DNA of 64,000 nt, from contig CM035352.1 of assembly GCA_020137815.1 (NCBI GenBank), positions 8,494,001 to 8,558,000 on the forward strand. Direction: 5' to 3'. Made by a program: the position numbers and the translations under genes. The notes beneath the pieces are model-generated. The model ran no database searches. It saw only the letters and a program-made list of their open reading frames with translations, and was not told where the DNA came from. Positions within the stretch are counted from its first letter, which is position 1. Each line of letters opens with the position of its first letter. Source of the stretch: Hormiphora californensis. Lineage: Eukaryota > Animalia > Ctenophora. Below, one piece after another: positions 1-13,177 of the stretch.

Positions 1-249
1 GGGGTAGTAAAGGGGTGTGTGGTGGTATAGGGATTAGTGGTAAGTGGTAAGTAATATAATATTTTAAAAAGGGTCAGTGTGGCTACAATAGCAACTATAT
101 TCAGTAGGGAATAGAATGTGTTTATTAGACGTGGATATGTTATAGTGCCGAGTGGTGTAGCATTGAGTATGTGATACACAGTAGTTGTACTGAGTGGGAA
201 TAATACTGAGTGGGAGAGAGAGGGGGAGATAGATAGATAGAGAGATATG

Positions 250-356
<107 letters not shown>

Positions 357-675
357 AGTGGGAATAATACTAAGTGGGGGACCACTGGACCGAGAAAGGG
401 GGGGTTATCAAAGAGAACATGAACAGAGAAAAGGGAGGAGAAAAGGGAGATCGTTCCTCTTACTGTTCTCGAGAACACCAATGGTTGTGGGGACCGATAG
501 AGCTCACGTGGGCGGTGGGGTTGCCGAAAGGGCGAGCATGAATGAGAGAGAGAGAGAGAGAGAGGAATCGCCAACGCGAGTCTAAAATCACTGCGTTTCA
601 TGTGATATCAGGGAGCGTGCGAGGGAGGCTATTTAATAGTTGAGGAAATAAACAAACTGTGTTTATATCGGCGAA

Positions 676-1198
676 ATGTTTTTCAAATCCGTTCTTTGTC
701 TCTGTGTTCTCTTTGTCCTTGTCGCTGCGGACTTTAAATGCACCCAGAAGTAAGTTACTAAGTTACTAAGTTACTAAGTTACTAAGTTACTAAGTTACTA
801 AGTTACTAAGTTACTAAGTTACTAAGTTACTAGAAGTAAGTTACTAACTTGTCAGGCCAATGCTCTGACAGTTACTACCTTCTTTTTACAGCTCAAACTT
901 CTTTTTACCTTTTACAAAGGGTATCATTTTCTAATAATTTGACAAATTGTGTCCACCACGCCCCATCACTAACCCACCCCACTATCCCAGGCTAACCTTC
1001 ACCAATGGCCAGTCCATCACCCAGCCAGATTGTACTGCTAGCAAGAAGAAGGAATGTACCAAAGCAGTTACCTCCTCGGGCGCTACCGTCTACGGGTGTT
1101 CGTCCTGCTCTACACTGGTAAACAGTGGGGCAATAAAGGAGACTGATGAGTGTTCACAGTGTAAAAAATCCAAGGACAATTGTAATGACAGTCTGTAA
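676..1198 (+). CDS. Secreted 8-Cys three-finger/Ly6-uPAR-like protein, copy 1 (exons 676-749, 991-1198)
   Basis: Spliced (phase-2 GT-AG intron): MFFKSVLCLCVLFVLVAA-DFKCTQKLTFTNGQSITQPDCTASKKKECTKAVTSSGATVYGCSSCSTLVNSGAIKETDECSQCKKSKDNCNDSL. Signal peptide, FKC...C...C...YGCxxC...CxxC...CN. Confidence 0.85.
750..848 (+). repeat. 8-bp tandem repeat (TAAGTTAC)n starting at the intron donor
   Basis: About 10 copies directly following AA|GTAAGT. Confidence 0.9.
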
Positions 1199-1358
1199 AA
1201 TGTTAATAATGAGTCTCAGAGTCTGTAATGTATTATGTAGTAGCTTTTATCTGTAAACATTTTGCAATGCATTTTGACACTTATAAACGTGTTTTATCAT
1301 GATTCTATCGGTCTTCGAACAACAGAAATGATGGTACAAAAAATCAGTAATATCACTA

Positions 1359-1456
1359 CAGTCGAACCCCGAATTACCGGGATGCTCCTATTTCCTATAT
1401 CGGTGGAAGTTTATCCTCCCGGTAAATCAGGGTTCCGGTGAGTCGGGGTCCGACTG
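1359..1456. mobile_element. Tc1/mariner-like MITE (CAGTCGGACCCCGATTTACCGG family)
   Basis: Inverted ends CAGTCGAACCCCG...GGGGTCCGACTG. Further copies at 10229-10369, about 11072-11212 and 29158-29891; fragments near 3070 and 13350. Confidence 0.8.
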
Positions 1457-1554
1457 TTTTAATATTTATGGACAATGGTAGGCTGTAGCCTGTATAAAGC
1501 GTTGCCTATGACGTGATCTACGACGTCTAAGACACAGTCTGCTAACATTGATTG

Positions 1555-2867
1555 CAGGAAACGACCGAACCGGGTTTTTTTCCACCGAACCGAACCGAAC
1601 CGAATTTGAAAAACTTTTTTACCGAACCGAACCGAACCGAATTTCGGTAACCGAACCGAACCGAACCATACAAAACTTTTTTTGTATAAATGTTTCTCTA
1701 AAAAGTCATGGAGAGAGAGATCAAGGTATTGAGAATCATTCTCTGAAATTTTGTTAAAAAATGTTTGAAAAATTTTCAAAGTCAATTTTATCGTCAATTT
1801 TCTATGTCAATTTTTGCGTACGAATCGTGTTTCGAATCGGCAATGCTATACGGGAATGGTATTGCTAATTAGCAGGATTAAACGAACCATGAATCGTGTC
1901 TCTCTAAATTTCCTAATTAGATTTGATGGGGGATCACGTATCAGCACAATCCATCTCGGACCCACTAATTACCAACATCACTCCCGTTTAGCATTGTCGA
2001 TTAGAAACACGATTCGTATACCATAATTTACTTAAAATATTTTTCACAAAAAAAATTTCACAAAATTTCAAGTAATGATTCTCAATACCTTGATCGATGC
2101 TCTCTATGAATTTTTAGAGAAACATTTAATTTTGTGAAAAAACTTTGTAAAATATTTCAAAGTCAATTTCGGAAAAAAAAAAATATGTCAATTTTGCCGT
2201 ACGAATCGTGTTGCGAATCGGTGATGCTATGCGGCAGTGCTCTCGCTAATTAGCAGGATTTATTGAAACATGAATCGTTTCCCCTAACTTTCCTAATTAG
2301 ATTTGATGGGGGATCACGTATCAGCATAATCCATCACGGACCCACTAATTAGCAACATCACTCCCGCTTAGCAATACCGATTCGAAACACGATTCGTACG
2401 CAAAAATTGACATAGAAAATTTTCCATAAAATTGACTTTGAAATATTTTCCAAACTTTTTTACAAAATTTCAGAGAATGATTCTTAACACCTTGATCGGT
2501 GCTCTCCATGAATTTTTTGAAAAAAAAGTTTCTGAATTTGTCGACCCTCTCATGAGGACACGATTCGACGGGAAGTCAGGTATCAAATCAATCCATATCG
2601 AACCCGCTAACTAGCGAAATCATTTCCACATAGCACCACCGATTCGAAATAGGGTTAACACGGCGAAATTGACATTGAAATCCATACAATTTTCGTGAAA
2701 TAATTGAAAAATTTTGCATGAAAAAGCCCGATTTCTCGGCATTTTTTGACCAAAAAATTCGGTGGTTCGGCCAAAATTTCCTACCGAACCGAACCGAACC
2801 GAACCGCCCAAAAAACACCGAATTTCCGAACCGAACCGAACCGAACCGAATATTCGGTCGCTTCCTG
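1555..2867. mobile_element. Non-autonomous hAT-like DNA transposon with (CCGAA)n subterminal arrays
   Basis: TIR CAGGAAACGACCGAA / TTCGGTCGCTTCCTG; exact 8-bp TSD ATTGATTG at 1547-1554 and 2868-2875; internal direct and inverted repeats. Confidence 0.85.
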
Positions 2868-3244
2868 ATTGATTGCTTTGGACCGCCTCGCGGGCGGCGC
2901 TGTGCGGGTGGCAACCATGAAATGGCATAAAGAGAGTAGAGACACATTTACAAAGAAAATGACATAGTCTATTTTCACGAAATTCATATATTGTCCTCAC
3001 GCCCTACGTCATTGTACAGTGAACACTTCTGAATTTGCCAACGCCCAACAGGTTGTGATACTACAGAGTCTGTACAGACCCCGATTTACCGGAAGGATAA
3101 ATTTCCCCCGATATCACGTAGCTTTACAAGAAAACCCATCCGCTTTTCCTGGCTCACATGTCAGTACTCAATTAGAAGCAGGCATGGCACATATCCGATC
3201 ACATGTCAGATCACATGTCTGCTAGCTGATAGTGCTATACAGAT

Positions 3245-3462
3245 AAGAAGGCGATGGATATACTTCACCCCCTGAAACCACCCCTTAAAGGGAGGTTTCC
3301 CTTGTGACCTGGTATGGCACCAGCTCCCCAAATCTCATTGGGCCGAAGCAGCTGGCAACATACCAGCCACTCCACCCAGGACGGGGAACGGGAGCCCCAT
3401 GGCACCCACCCCTTACTGGCTAGTGCTTCGCACTAGCCAGCGTCCTCCCAGAAGAAGAAGAA
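3245..3462 (+). mobile_element. Short retroposed element (SINE or 5'-truncated LINE)
   Basis: 11-bp TSD GCTATACAGAT on both sides, (AGA)n 3' tail, and a hairpin CTGGCTAGTGC-TTC-GCACTAGCCAG just before the tail. Confidence 0.7.
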
Positions 3463-4533
3463 GCTATACAGATGCAATTAAATTTTATAATCCTTGAATT
3501 TGGGTAGGGAATTACAGCGCTATGGATACATAGTGGAAATATTCTTGTTTGGCTGAAAAATCACAAAATTATTCCGCCATTCCGCCAGACCAACTCTTGT
3601 TTTGTTCAAACCCATTTTATTTTAGTGCACGAAAGGGGGTCGAGCTAGGCAAACCAACTCCAAATCCCAAATCAAACTCACGAATAACAACCGCACCGTG
3701 ATCTATCAACAAATAGGAAATGAAGCCTGAGGGTGAAAATTCATGTATATTCTAACCTGTGACGTCGTGACGTCACGATGCCGTCAAAATCATTCTTTTA
3801 GCGATTCCTGACATGACGGCCTTTGCACATTCTGCTACCTCTACGTCGTAGAGAAAGAGAAAAAGAGAAAAAGAGAAATCAGAGAGTTCAGAGAGGGAAA
3901 GAGATTGATGAAAACCCCGGGAGAGGGCAAAGGTGTCAGTTTGAAAACAAAAGTGGTCACCTTTCCACCCAACTTATTTCTGTTAGTTTTTGGCATAATT
4001 ATACAATTTAGTAAGTATATCCGTTATAAATTTCTAAGCCTCTATGCTTTTTTTTCAAAATTCATCCGGCCTTTGTTGCCTTCACAAGTACGCCGAAAAA
4101 ATTAGCTTGTGCAGTACAAGCCTAACCGGAGCTGATGGTAAGACGATGCACGTGTGGAGTATGGGCATCAATGACGTGAGTTTATCGTCCAAAATCCTAT
4201 GCGGTTCCTCATGGACCTAATTTAACCCTTCTGCACTCTAGACAATTCGCAACGACATTAAAATTTCCCAGGCCAGTAGGTCACACAAATCAGTGATAAT
4301 GGCTTGGTGGGCACATGAGTCACCACATGGATTTGAGAGCCTAATACCACGTGATTTTAACCGCCCTCGCCCTCCAAAGAGATGAGTGGTGGCGCCGCAG
4401 AGTCTCTCCCTCTCCCTGATTCTCCAGGAGTATCATTACACGTCTAAAATCACGGCTTTCTATGATGCACACCCACAAGGATTATAAACACCCAGTAGCC
4501 AACCTCGATAATTAATTCTCCTTGAACGCCAAA

Positions 4534-4982
4534 ATGTTTTCCCGTACTATCCTTTGTGTCTTCCTGCTCGTTGCAGCCGTTGAGTCCTTCAAGTGCCTTA
4601 ACAAGTAAGTCTTCTACATACAGTTGTTTTAACCGGTACAACCCAAACCCCGTCTAAAGCCTAATAAAGCCCTAATGCCTATTAAGCGAGGCGTAACAAC
4701 TTAACTAACCCTAAAACAAGGGCTGGACCCCCAAATCCTTTTAAGTATTACAAAAACACTTAACTCCGGCCTTCCCTCAGGTTCGCATATGGCTCCACCT
4801 CACACGAAATGGAAAACTGTATATTGTCTAAGAAGAACATCCACAAGTGCAGCAAGGCGACGTTTGACGACGGGACAACTTATTGGGGATGCTTCGAGTG
4901 TTCAGAATATGAAAAACATGCATCCATGACATCTTGCGCCTCATGTACCTCTTCTTCCAAACACTGCAACGAAAAACTATAA
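4534..4982 (+). CDS. Secreted 8-Cys three-finger-like protein, copy 2 (exons 4534-4604, 4781-4982)
   Basis: MFSRTILCVFLLVAAVES-FKCLNKFAYGSTSHEMENCILSKKNIHKCSKATFDDGTTYWGCFECSEYEKHASMTSCASCTSSSKHCNEKL; same phase-2 intron as copy 1. Confidence 0.88.
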
Positions 4983-5278
4983 AGAGAGTGTGGGGAAGGG
5001 AACATCCTGTAGCATCATGTCTGAAGGAATGGACACTGTTGTTTTATGGGCAGAATAGAACACTGTTTTCGTTTGAATCATGTTAGACTTATATTTTATT
5101 TTTTTCTGATCTTGCAAATTAAATGAAAATATTTTTAGTTTTGTGTCAACATCAAACAAATTCCACGATTCCACAATGTCGCAACTAACCACAATATAGC
5201 ACCACTCTTACTTACTTCTGTCATTGGAATTGTCTTGGTAGATGATTAGGACGAAAGGAAGTCAGGCTGACTGCTGGC

Positions 5279-5348
<70 letters not shown>

Positions 5349-5598
5349 AAGAGAGAGAGAATAAGAGAGAAGATAGAAGATCTAGAGATGATCCTCTGCT
5401 CGAATATCTCTCTCTCTCTCTTCTCTCTCTCGCTCTCTCTCTCTCTCCTCTCTCTCTCGCTCTCTTTGCTCTCTCTTTCTCTCTTCTTCCCCTCTCTCCT
5501 CTTTCTCTCCTCCTCCCTCCTCCTCTTCCTCTCTCTCTTCTCTCTCCTCTCCTCCCCTCTCTCTCCTCCTTTTTCTCCCCCTCCCTCTCTCTCTCTCT

Positions 5599-5671
<73 letters not shown>

Positions 5672-6452
5672 TTCTCCGCTCTCCCTCTCTGGAGAGAGAG
5701 TCTCTGGGCCCAGCATGTCAACCATCAACCATGTGTCCATCGATTGATCAAACAGGAGGGTAATCATGGTGACAGATAGTGAGAAATGATGCTGGTCATC
5801 GATGGTAAAAATTTCGAGATGAATTTGCCATGTATTTTTTCTGGGGCTTTCTAGTGTTATTACGATGTTCTAGGACAGTTATGTATTAGCAAACTAGAGC
5901 ACTTCTACCAGTTAATCTGAAGTTTCAAGTCGATTGGATGGTCGCCGATGGTTAAAGTGAGAGAGAACACATAAAGCATACCCGTTTGATTAAAACATGT
6001 GGTAAGGTTTTTAGGTTTTATTCGTTACACAGACATCGCAGATCAAAATGGTTTTCACTAAAATAATTTTCTCATCAATACGCATCGATCGAGTAACATG
6101 GTGTTCTGACAAGAGCTTCACCAGCTAGCCTAAAACATGTACCCGCCCCTAACACATGTACCCGTTTGGGATTTTTGGGATAACTCCTGAACCTTACGTC
6201 ATAGAAAGGTTTATAGCCACTATAATTGAAGCAGAATTTCACGCCGAGATACTTGTATTTGTTTTGTTCTAGACCGTTCCTGAAACCCATAAAAGCCAAA
6301 AAACCTAAAAATCGTTAATTTAGGAATTTTTTGACTTCAATTAGACACCAAAAACCATTCTGAACAAGTTTTATCAAAATCGGGCTGTTCTCTCTCACTT
6401 TGCGAACGTGACTTCTGGTGTTTCAAAACACTACTATAATAAGGGGATTTAA

Positions 6453-6772
6453 AGTGAGAGAGAACAGCAGGGATTTTCACAAAAAGTTATCTGGATACTC
6501 CTTGATGGCTAACTAAAACTTTAGTGAAAACTGCATGTCTCTAGCATGTTTTTGAAAATCGAGCTAACACATGCAAGACGCACCATTATGGGCCTATAAT
6601 GGGCGTAAATTCATATTGTACATCCAGTTACGCCCATAATGGTGCGTCTTGCATGTGTTAGCTCGATTTTCAAAAACATGCTAGAGACATGCGGTTTTCA
6701 CTAAAGTTTTAGTTAGCCATCAAGGAGTATCCAGATAACTTTTTGTGAAAATCCCTGCTGTTCTCTCTCACT
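6453..6772. mobile_element. Palindromic MITE with TTAA flanks (Kolobok-like)
   Basis: TTAA|AGTGAGAGAGAACAGC...GCTGTTCTCTCTCACT|TTAA with arms of about 150 bp; related ends near 5953-6400 and 10730-10750. Confidence 0.7.
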
Positions 6773-6910
6773 TTAACGACAATTTTTGCCCAAACCGGGA
6801 AAAATGTGTAACAAGAGTTTTCCAACGCCATTGTACTCAGAATGGACCCCTCTAACGATCCCAACCAATGCTCTAATTGAGCAGAGAGTGCTAAGGCCTC
6901 ATTTCCGGGT

Positions 6911-7497
6911 GGGCGTGGTACCTGTGTTTTCAACATGAGGCCAAAACCAGAGATAAAATATAGGTGCTCAATATGAGAGTACCTAAGCTCGATTTTGAAC
7001 ACATCTAAAGCCACATAACGGCTAAACGGTTGAAGATAGAGCTTAAAAGTTCGACGTCGACCCCCATAACTTGGTTATTGCCTACAAAATGGCACCAATG
7101 AAAAGTCTCTAAACCATTCCTAAGTGGCTATAGCCATATAGCCAAAAAACGGTTATGGACAAACCTAATTATCCAATTATCTAATTAACCAGGTGAGATA
7201 GAGACTTAATTTCAGCACCTACCCCCACTAATTCGAGGACGCTGATCATTTTAGTGCTCTCGGTTTTGTCTCTACTCCTTTCCTAAGTGGCTATAGCCAT
7301 ATAGCCAAAAAACGGTTTTACCCAAACCTAATTATCCAATTATCTAAATAACCAGATGAGATAGAGACTTAATTCTGGCACCTACCCCCACTAATGCGAC
7401 AACGCTGATCACTTTAGTGCTCTCGATTTTATCTCTACTCCTATTTTAAGGGTACTTATGGTTTTGGCCTCAGGTTGAAAACACAGGTACCACGCCC
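6911..7497. mobile_element. MITE with GGGCGTGGTACCTGTGTTTTCAAC TIRs and an internal ~128-bp tandem duplication
   Basis: Near-perfect inverted termini; TSD not evident. Confidence 0.65.
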
Positions 7498-7780
7498 GAA
7501 AATTGACCAATTATGGCCTAATTAAGGCCTAGGGTTTGACACTTATCGTCATGGGTGTCATACAGTTAGATGTTGAGCCCCCCCCGGCCTCCGGTTTGTT
7601 TGATGTTGATTGTTGACAAAACTTTTAAGAAACTAAATACAACCGTTTGCAAGAACAGAAAAAAGAAACTACAAGTCTAACAGGATTCAAACGAAAACAG
7701 TGTTCTATTCTGCCCATAAAACAACAGTATCCATTCCTTCAGACATGTTGTTACAGGATGTTCCCTTCCCCACGCTCTCT

Positions 7781-8178
7781 TCATAGTTTTTCATTGCAGT
7801 GTTTAGAAGAATTGGTGCATGAGGCACAAGATCTCAGGGTTTCATGATTTTCGTATTGTGAGCACTCGAAGCAGCCCCAGTAAGTTGTCCCATCGTCAAA
7901 CGTCGCCTTGCTGCACTTGTGGATGTTTATCTTAGCCAATGGACAATCTTCCATTACGGTTGAGGAAGACCTATCTGCGAACCTGAGGGAAGGCCGGAGC
8001 TAAGTGTTTTTGTAATTAAATTGTAACGTCTCGCTTATGGCTTTATTAGATTTTATGTGGGGTATGGGACATGGGTATGGGTAAAACGGCTGTATGTAGA
8101 AGCTTACTTTTTAAGGCACTTGAAGGACTCAGCGGCTGTAAGGAGCAGGAAGATACAAAGGATAGTACGGGAAAACAT
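7781..8178 (-). CDS. Secreted 8-Cys three-finger-like protein, copy 3 (exons 8178-8108, 7982-7781)
   Basis: MFSRTILCIFLLLTAAES-FKCLKKFADRSSSTVMEDCPLAKINIHKCSKATFDDGTTYWGCFECSQYENHETLRSCASCTNSSKHCNEKL; inverted paralogue of copies 2 and 4, sharing their 3' UTR sequence. Confidence 0.88.
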
Positions 8179-9295
8179 TGTTCAAGGAGCGAGGTTGAAG
8201 GTTATCAGTAGAATAGGTCAATGTCAACTGGTGATACCTAGTTTGGACAGTCCTATTTGAAAGCGTAGGAATAGCACATCAAGCAATATGAAAAAGTAAA
8301 GAGCACCCTCTTTGAAATGCTCCCCTTTGCTGGATAAAAACCAGCATAATTAGACATAAGTAATCCCTTTGAGACGAGGGGTTTGTTAAGGTCCCCTCCT
8401 AGACTTGTGTGTTTATATTATAATTCATCATCGTCATGGCGCCTAAAAAGCTGTGACAAAATCCCATGTGTGTCACGTTTAATAAGTCTATGTGTTGCCA
8501 CGTACGAGTATGGGCTGTTGACGACCCACCCGGCTCCGCCGGGTAGCGCTCTTTTATCACATATTTAACGCCTAAATTGTGGTTGCGATGGCAACTGAAA
8601 CGGTAACTATGAGGACTGAACATGGACTGAATCGCTAAAATGTGTACTAAAATGATAATGAACTTCCAAGAGTGTGAATAACAGTATTGCAGCTCTGGTC
8701 ACATAAATGTGTTGATGAAGGAGCACTGTCGCTAAACAGTGCACTGAACGAACGACCACGACTTCGACGTGATAAATCCAAAGACTAGCGCACTCACCGG
8801 GTACGTTGCGCCTCAATGTAAGCATCGGGTTTTGACAACCCACCTGGCTCCACCGGGTTGCCCTCTTTATTCCCACAGCTGACACCAATTGTACTGTTGG
8901 CGGGAAAAATCTGAAGTTTCAAGTTTATTGGATGGTCTTAGTTTTGGCGCTATGGACGATTTTATGACTGGTAAGCTCCAGTTATTAAACGTGACACACA
9001 TGGGATTTTGTCTCCAGCTTTTTTGGGCGCCATGGTGATGGTGAATTATAATAAAAACACATCAGTCTGGGAGGCGTTAACAACCTCCTTGTCTCAAAGG
9101 GATTACTAATTGTCCCAATTATGCTGGTTTTTATCCGACAAAGGGGAGCACTTCAAAGAGGGTGCTCTTTACTATTTCACATTGATTGATGTGCTAACCC
9201 GTACGCTTTCAAATAGGACTGACCGACCTAGTCATCACCAGTTGACTTTGACCTATCCTGTTGACAACATTCAACCTCGCTCCTTGAACGCTACA

Positions 9296-10008
9296 ATGTT
9301 TTCCCGTACTATCCTTTGTGTCTTCCTGCTCCTTACAGTCGCTGAGTCCTTCAAGTGCCTTAACAAGTAAGTCAACGAGGTGTGATATGAAAGTTTTATG
9401 AAGGAGCAGACTTGTTGTTAGGCGTTGTCCGTGACGGACGGACGGACACATTTAGTTAACCCCACGATCTGCTCATTTCTAAACCCTGAATGACCTTTTT
9501 AGCATCATCCGGGTGAATACCCTTCGGGCATTCACCCGGGCAGGGAAAAAATGTTGCTAAAGACTCATGGCCTTTTCTTCACTAAAATCCTATTGGTGCA
9601 CAGTTACCCTGCCTAAAATGTTCTACCTCAGAGTTACATCACATTATATACCATGTAAACCTCAGAAAAATAAATTTTTGACCATCAGACCGTGGGTGGC
9701 GGTCCGACGGTGGCCCACTCGCCCCTCTTGCTAAAACCCTTTTAGATCCCTACAAGAACAATTACAAAAAGCAATCTCCAGTAACACTCCTTCTTTCCCT
9801 CAGGATCGAAAATGGTATCACGACACACGCATTCAAAGATTGTAAATTGGCCAAGAAAAACTTTAGCAAGTGCAGCAAGTCGACATTTTCCAACGGGGCA
9901 ATCGTCTGGGGTTGCTACAAGTGTTCAGATGCAGAACAAAAGAATAAAGACATGGTATCTTGCTCCTCGTGTACTTCAGCTTCTAAATACTGCAATGGAG
10001 TACTATAA
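9296..10008 (+). CDS. Secreted 8-Cys three-finger-like protein, copy 4 (exons 9296-9366, 9804-10008)
   Basis: MFSRTILCVFLLLTVAES-FKCLNKIENGITTHAFKDCKLAKKNFSKCSKSTFSNGAIVWGCYKCSDAEQKNKDMVSCSSCTSASKYCNGVL. Confidence 0.88.
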
Positions 10009-10838
10009 AGAGAGGGCGGGGAACATGCCCGATGAAATGGACACTGTTGTTTTATGGGCAGAATAGAACACTGTTTTCGTTTGAATCCTGATAGACTTGT
10101 ATTTTCTTTTTTCTGTTCTTGCAAATTATTGTATTAAGTTTCTTAAAAGTTGTGTGTCAACATCAAACAACCATGCACTTTTATATCACGATCGCATCTA
10201 CAATCCATATTTACTTTTGTACATGATACAGTCGGACCCCGATTTACTGGGATGCTCGAGGGAAAGGGTTTTGCCCGGTAAATCAGGGACAAATATTACA
10301 TTCATTTCCTATATCGGGGGAAGTAATTACCCTTCCGGTAAATCGGGGCCGGGTAAATCGGTCCGACTGTATTTAAAGACAATGGTAGATTATTTGGTTA
10401 TAGTCAGCGAGGCTGGGAAAACCCAAATGATGACGTCAATTTGTACACGTTTTGATTTCCTAACATGAGATTAAATGGATCACTTTATCGACACGATTTA
10501 ATGCGGGATTGCACCTCATGGAACATATTCTGATTTGTTCAACATTTCCAATTCCAGTCTGATCTACCATAAATGCCATATTTACAGTTTAGATCGTGAT
10601 TATGCTAGCGCTTTTATAGGAAAAATGCCGCTTAGATTTTGAAAACACACAACTAAAACTTGAGAGACAACGGGATATGTTTAAAAAAATCTAGCTGAAA
10701 CACTTTTCAAAAGTTGTCGGTTCCTGTTGGCTGTTCTCTCTCGCTTTAACTATTTCATATTTGTAATCACACATCGTGACATCATTAATTATTGACATAT
10801 TGACAACATCCAACTACTAGGGCCTCCTGTTTGCGATC

Positions 10839-11445
10839 ATGACTGTTCGAAGTATTCTGTTAGTGTTCCTCACCCTGGCCTGTCTTTTTGCTGTTCTGGA
10901 CGGTAAAACACGGAAGAGGAAGTTTAAATGTGTTAACAAGTAAGTAAATTACACGCATGGTGATTGCAGGTGATTCAGAAAACCTAGTGTTTTAATGAAA
11001 CAATAGGTTTCAGGACACCTAGCATTTCAAAATCGTATTTACTCCTCAATAGGCTATTTAGTATCTAAATACAGTCGAGTCGGTCGTCGAACCCCGATTT
11101 ACCGGGACCCCGATTTACAGGAGGATAAACTTTCCCCGATATAGGAATTAAACGGTATCTGGCTCCAATATACCGGGTACCCCGAGCATCACGGTAAATC
11201 GGGGTTCGACTGCATTATCTATCTAATAACCCTCCCCTAATAGGTACGTGGACGGGGTGGACGGTTTTCAACAACTCATTGAAACTGGGACCTGCTGGGT
11301 GAGCAGTAAAGACGAGTGTACCGTATACAAAGTCGAAGAGAAGCGCTACCTATACGGCTGTCGAACCTGCGATGAAAGCAAGTGGCCTTGTAAACATTGT
11401 TCCAAGGGTTACAGGAACTGCAACAAGGATATAGAATTGTGGTAA
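10839..11445 (+). CDS. Secreted 8-Cys three-finger-like protein, copy 5 (exons 10839-10939, 11244-11445)
   Basis: MTVRSILLVFLTLACLFAVLDG-KTRKRK-FKCVNKYVDGVDGFQQLIETGTCWVSSKDECTVYKVEEKRYLYGCRTCDESKWPCKHCSKGYRNCNKDIELW; same phase-2 intron. Confidence 0.85.
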
Positions 11446-12079
11446 CGCCACGGTAACGCCATGATGGTTACCATGGTAACGTAATGGTAACCATCATGGT
11501 AGCTGTGTGATTATGTGTCTTCTTGGAAGCACTGGAAAGAAAATGGACAATGTTTTTGTGTTTAAAAGGGTTTGTGGTACATATTGTTTTTGTTTCGGGA
11601 ACTTGAAAAAAATCGTGTTTTTAATTCATTCCAAAAAATTGTAAAATGTACCATATTCACAAAGCTCATCACACACCCCATTTTGGGCCCGTGGTACTTG
11701 CCAGTGCTATGAAACAGTTCATCCTAAACCGGATTATCCAAGAACTGTAAAAATCGGTGCTACTACGGTCTACGGTATAAACAGCTGACTACAGCGGGCT
11801 GGTATAATAGGCAGTGCGCTGGTATAGGCAGGGGGTAGCCACTAGCCACTAGCCACGCTTGATGCTTCCAGGGGAAGACTAAGGAGTTATACATACTGCA
11901 TTAAGCACGGAAAGTAAACCGGGTATTGAAACTTATACGGAGACTGGAGGAGGAGTATATCTTTGAATAAATCACGACTCTAGAACAATACCCGGGTGCA
12001 ATTATGTAAAATCCCATACTTACAGACTGGCTTTAATATCTACCTAACAGCCAGACCTCACATTGAAACCCCCGGCCCC

Positions 12080-12998
12080 TAAACCAGACCTGTTTCTCCG
12101 GGCCCATAAACCTTGCCAGACCTGTTTCCCCAGTCCCTAAATCTTGCCAGACCTGTTTCCCCAGTCCCTAAATCTTGCCAGACCTGTTTCCCCAGTCCCT
12201 AAATCTTGCCAGACCTATTTCCCCGGCACCTTAATCTTGCCAGACATGTTCCCCAGTCCCTAAAACTTGCCAGACCTATTTTCCTAGTCCCTAAACCTTG
12301 CCAGACCTGTTTCCCCGGCCCCTAAATCTTGCCAGACCTGTTTCCCCGGTCCCTAAATCTTGCCAGACCTGTTTCCCCAGTCCCTAAATCTTGCCAGACC
12401 TATTTCCCCGGCACCTTAATCTTGCCAGACATGTTCCCCAGTCCCTAAAACTTGCCAGACCTATTTTCCTAGTCCCTAAACCTTGCCAGACCTGTTTCCC
12501 CGGCCCCTAAATCTTGCCAGACCTGTTTCCCCGGCCCCTAAATCTCGCCAGACCTGTTTCCCCGGCCCCTAATCTCGCCAGACCTGTTTCCCCAGTCCCT
12601 AAACCTTGTCAGTCGTCAGACCTGTTTCCCCGGCCCCTAAATCTCGCCAGACCTGTTTCCCCGGCCCCTAAATCTCGCCAGACCTGTTTCCCCAGTCCCT
12701 AAACCTTGTCAGTCGTCAGACCTGTTTCCCCGGCCCCTAAATCTCGCCAGACCTGTTTCCCCGGCCCCTAAATCTCGCCAGACCTGTTTCCCTAGTCCCT
12801 AAAACTTGCCAGACCTGTTTCCCCAGTCCCTAAAACTTGCCAGACCTATTTTCCTAGTCCCTAAACCTTGCCAGACCTGTTTCCCCGGCCCCTAAATCTT
12901 GCCAGACCTGTTTCCCCGGTCCCTAAATCTTGCCAGACCTGTTTCCCCAGTCCCTAAATCTTGCCAGACCTATTTCCCCGGCCCCTAAATCTCGCCAC
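12080..12998. repeat. ~31-bp minisatellite (CTTGCCAGACCTGTTTCCCCAGTCCCTAAAT), roughly 29 copies
   Basis: Tandem units visible directly, with blocks of variant units recurring. Confidence 0.9.
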
Positions 12999-13177
12999 CT
13001 GTTTGTGTGTTTGCGTGTGGACAAGCAAATCGTCAGTTTGTTCGAACACACACCACACCGGCGTCCCACATTGAACGGTGTGGCAATGAAATCCAACGTT
13101 TTCCTCCCCCACCCCTCCTCCTCCCCCTCTCTCGCATTATTGACGGCGTTCCGTGTTGACCCCCCTCCTGCATTATC

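Noticed and set aside
1459-3000. ORFs with FGSVR or TEPNR repeats
   Set aside because: Translations of the (CCGAA)n arrays of the hAT-like element.
12080-12998. CRISPR-like regular repeats
   Set aside because: Head-to-tail units with no unique spacers, in a eukaryotic context with no cas genes.
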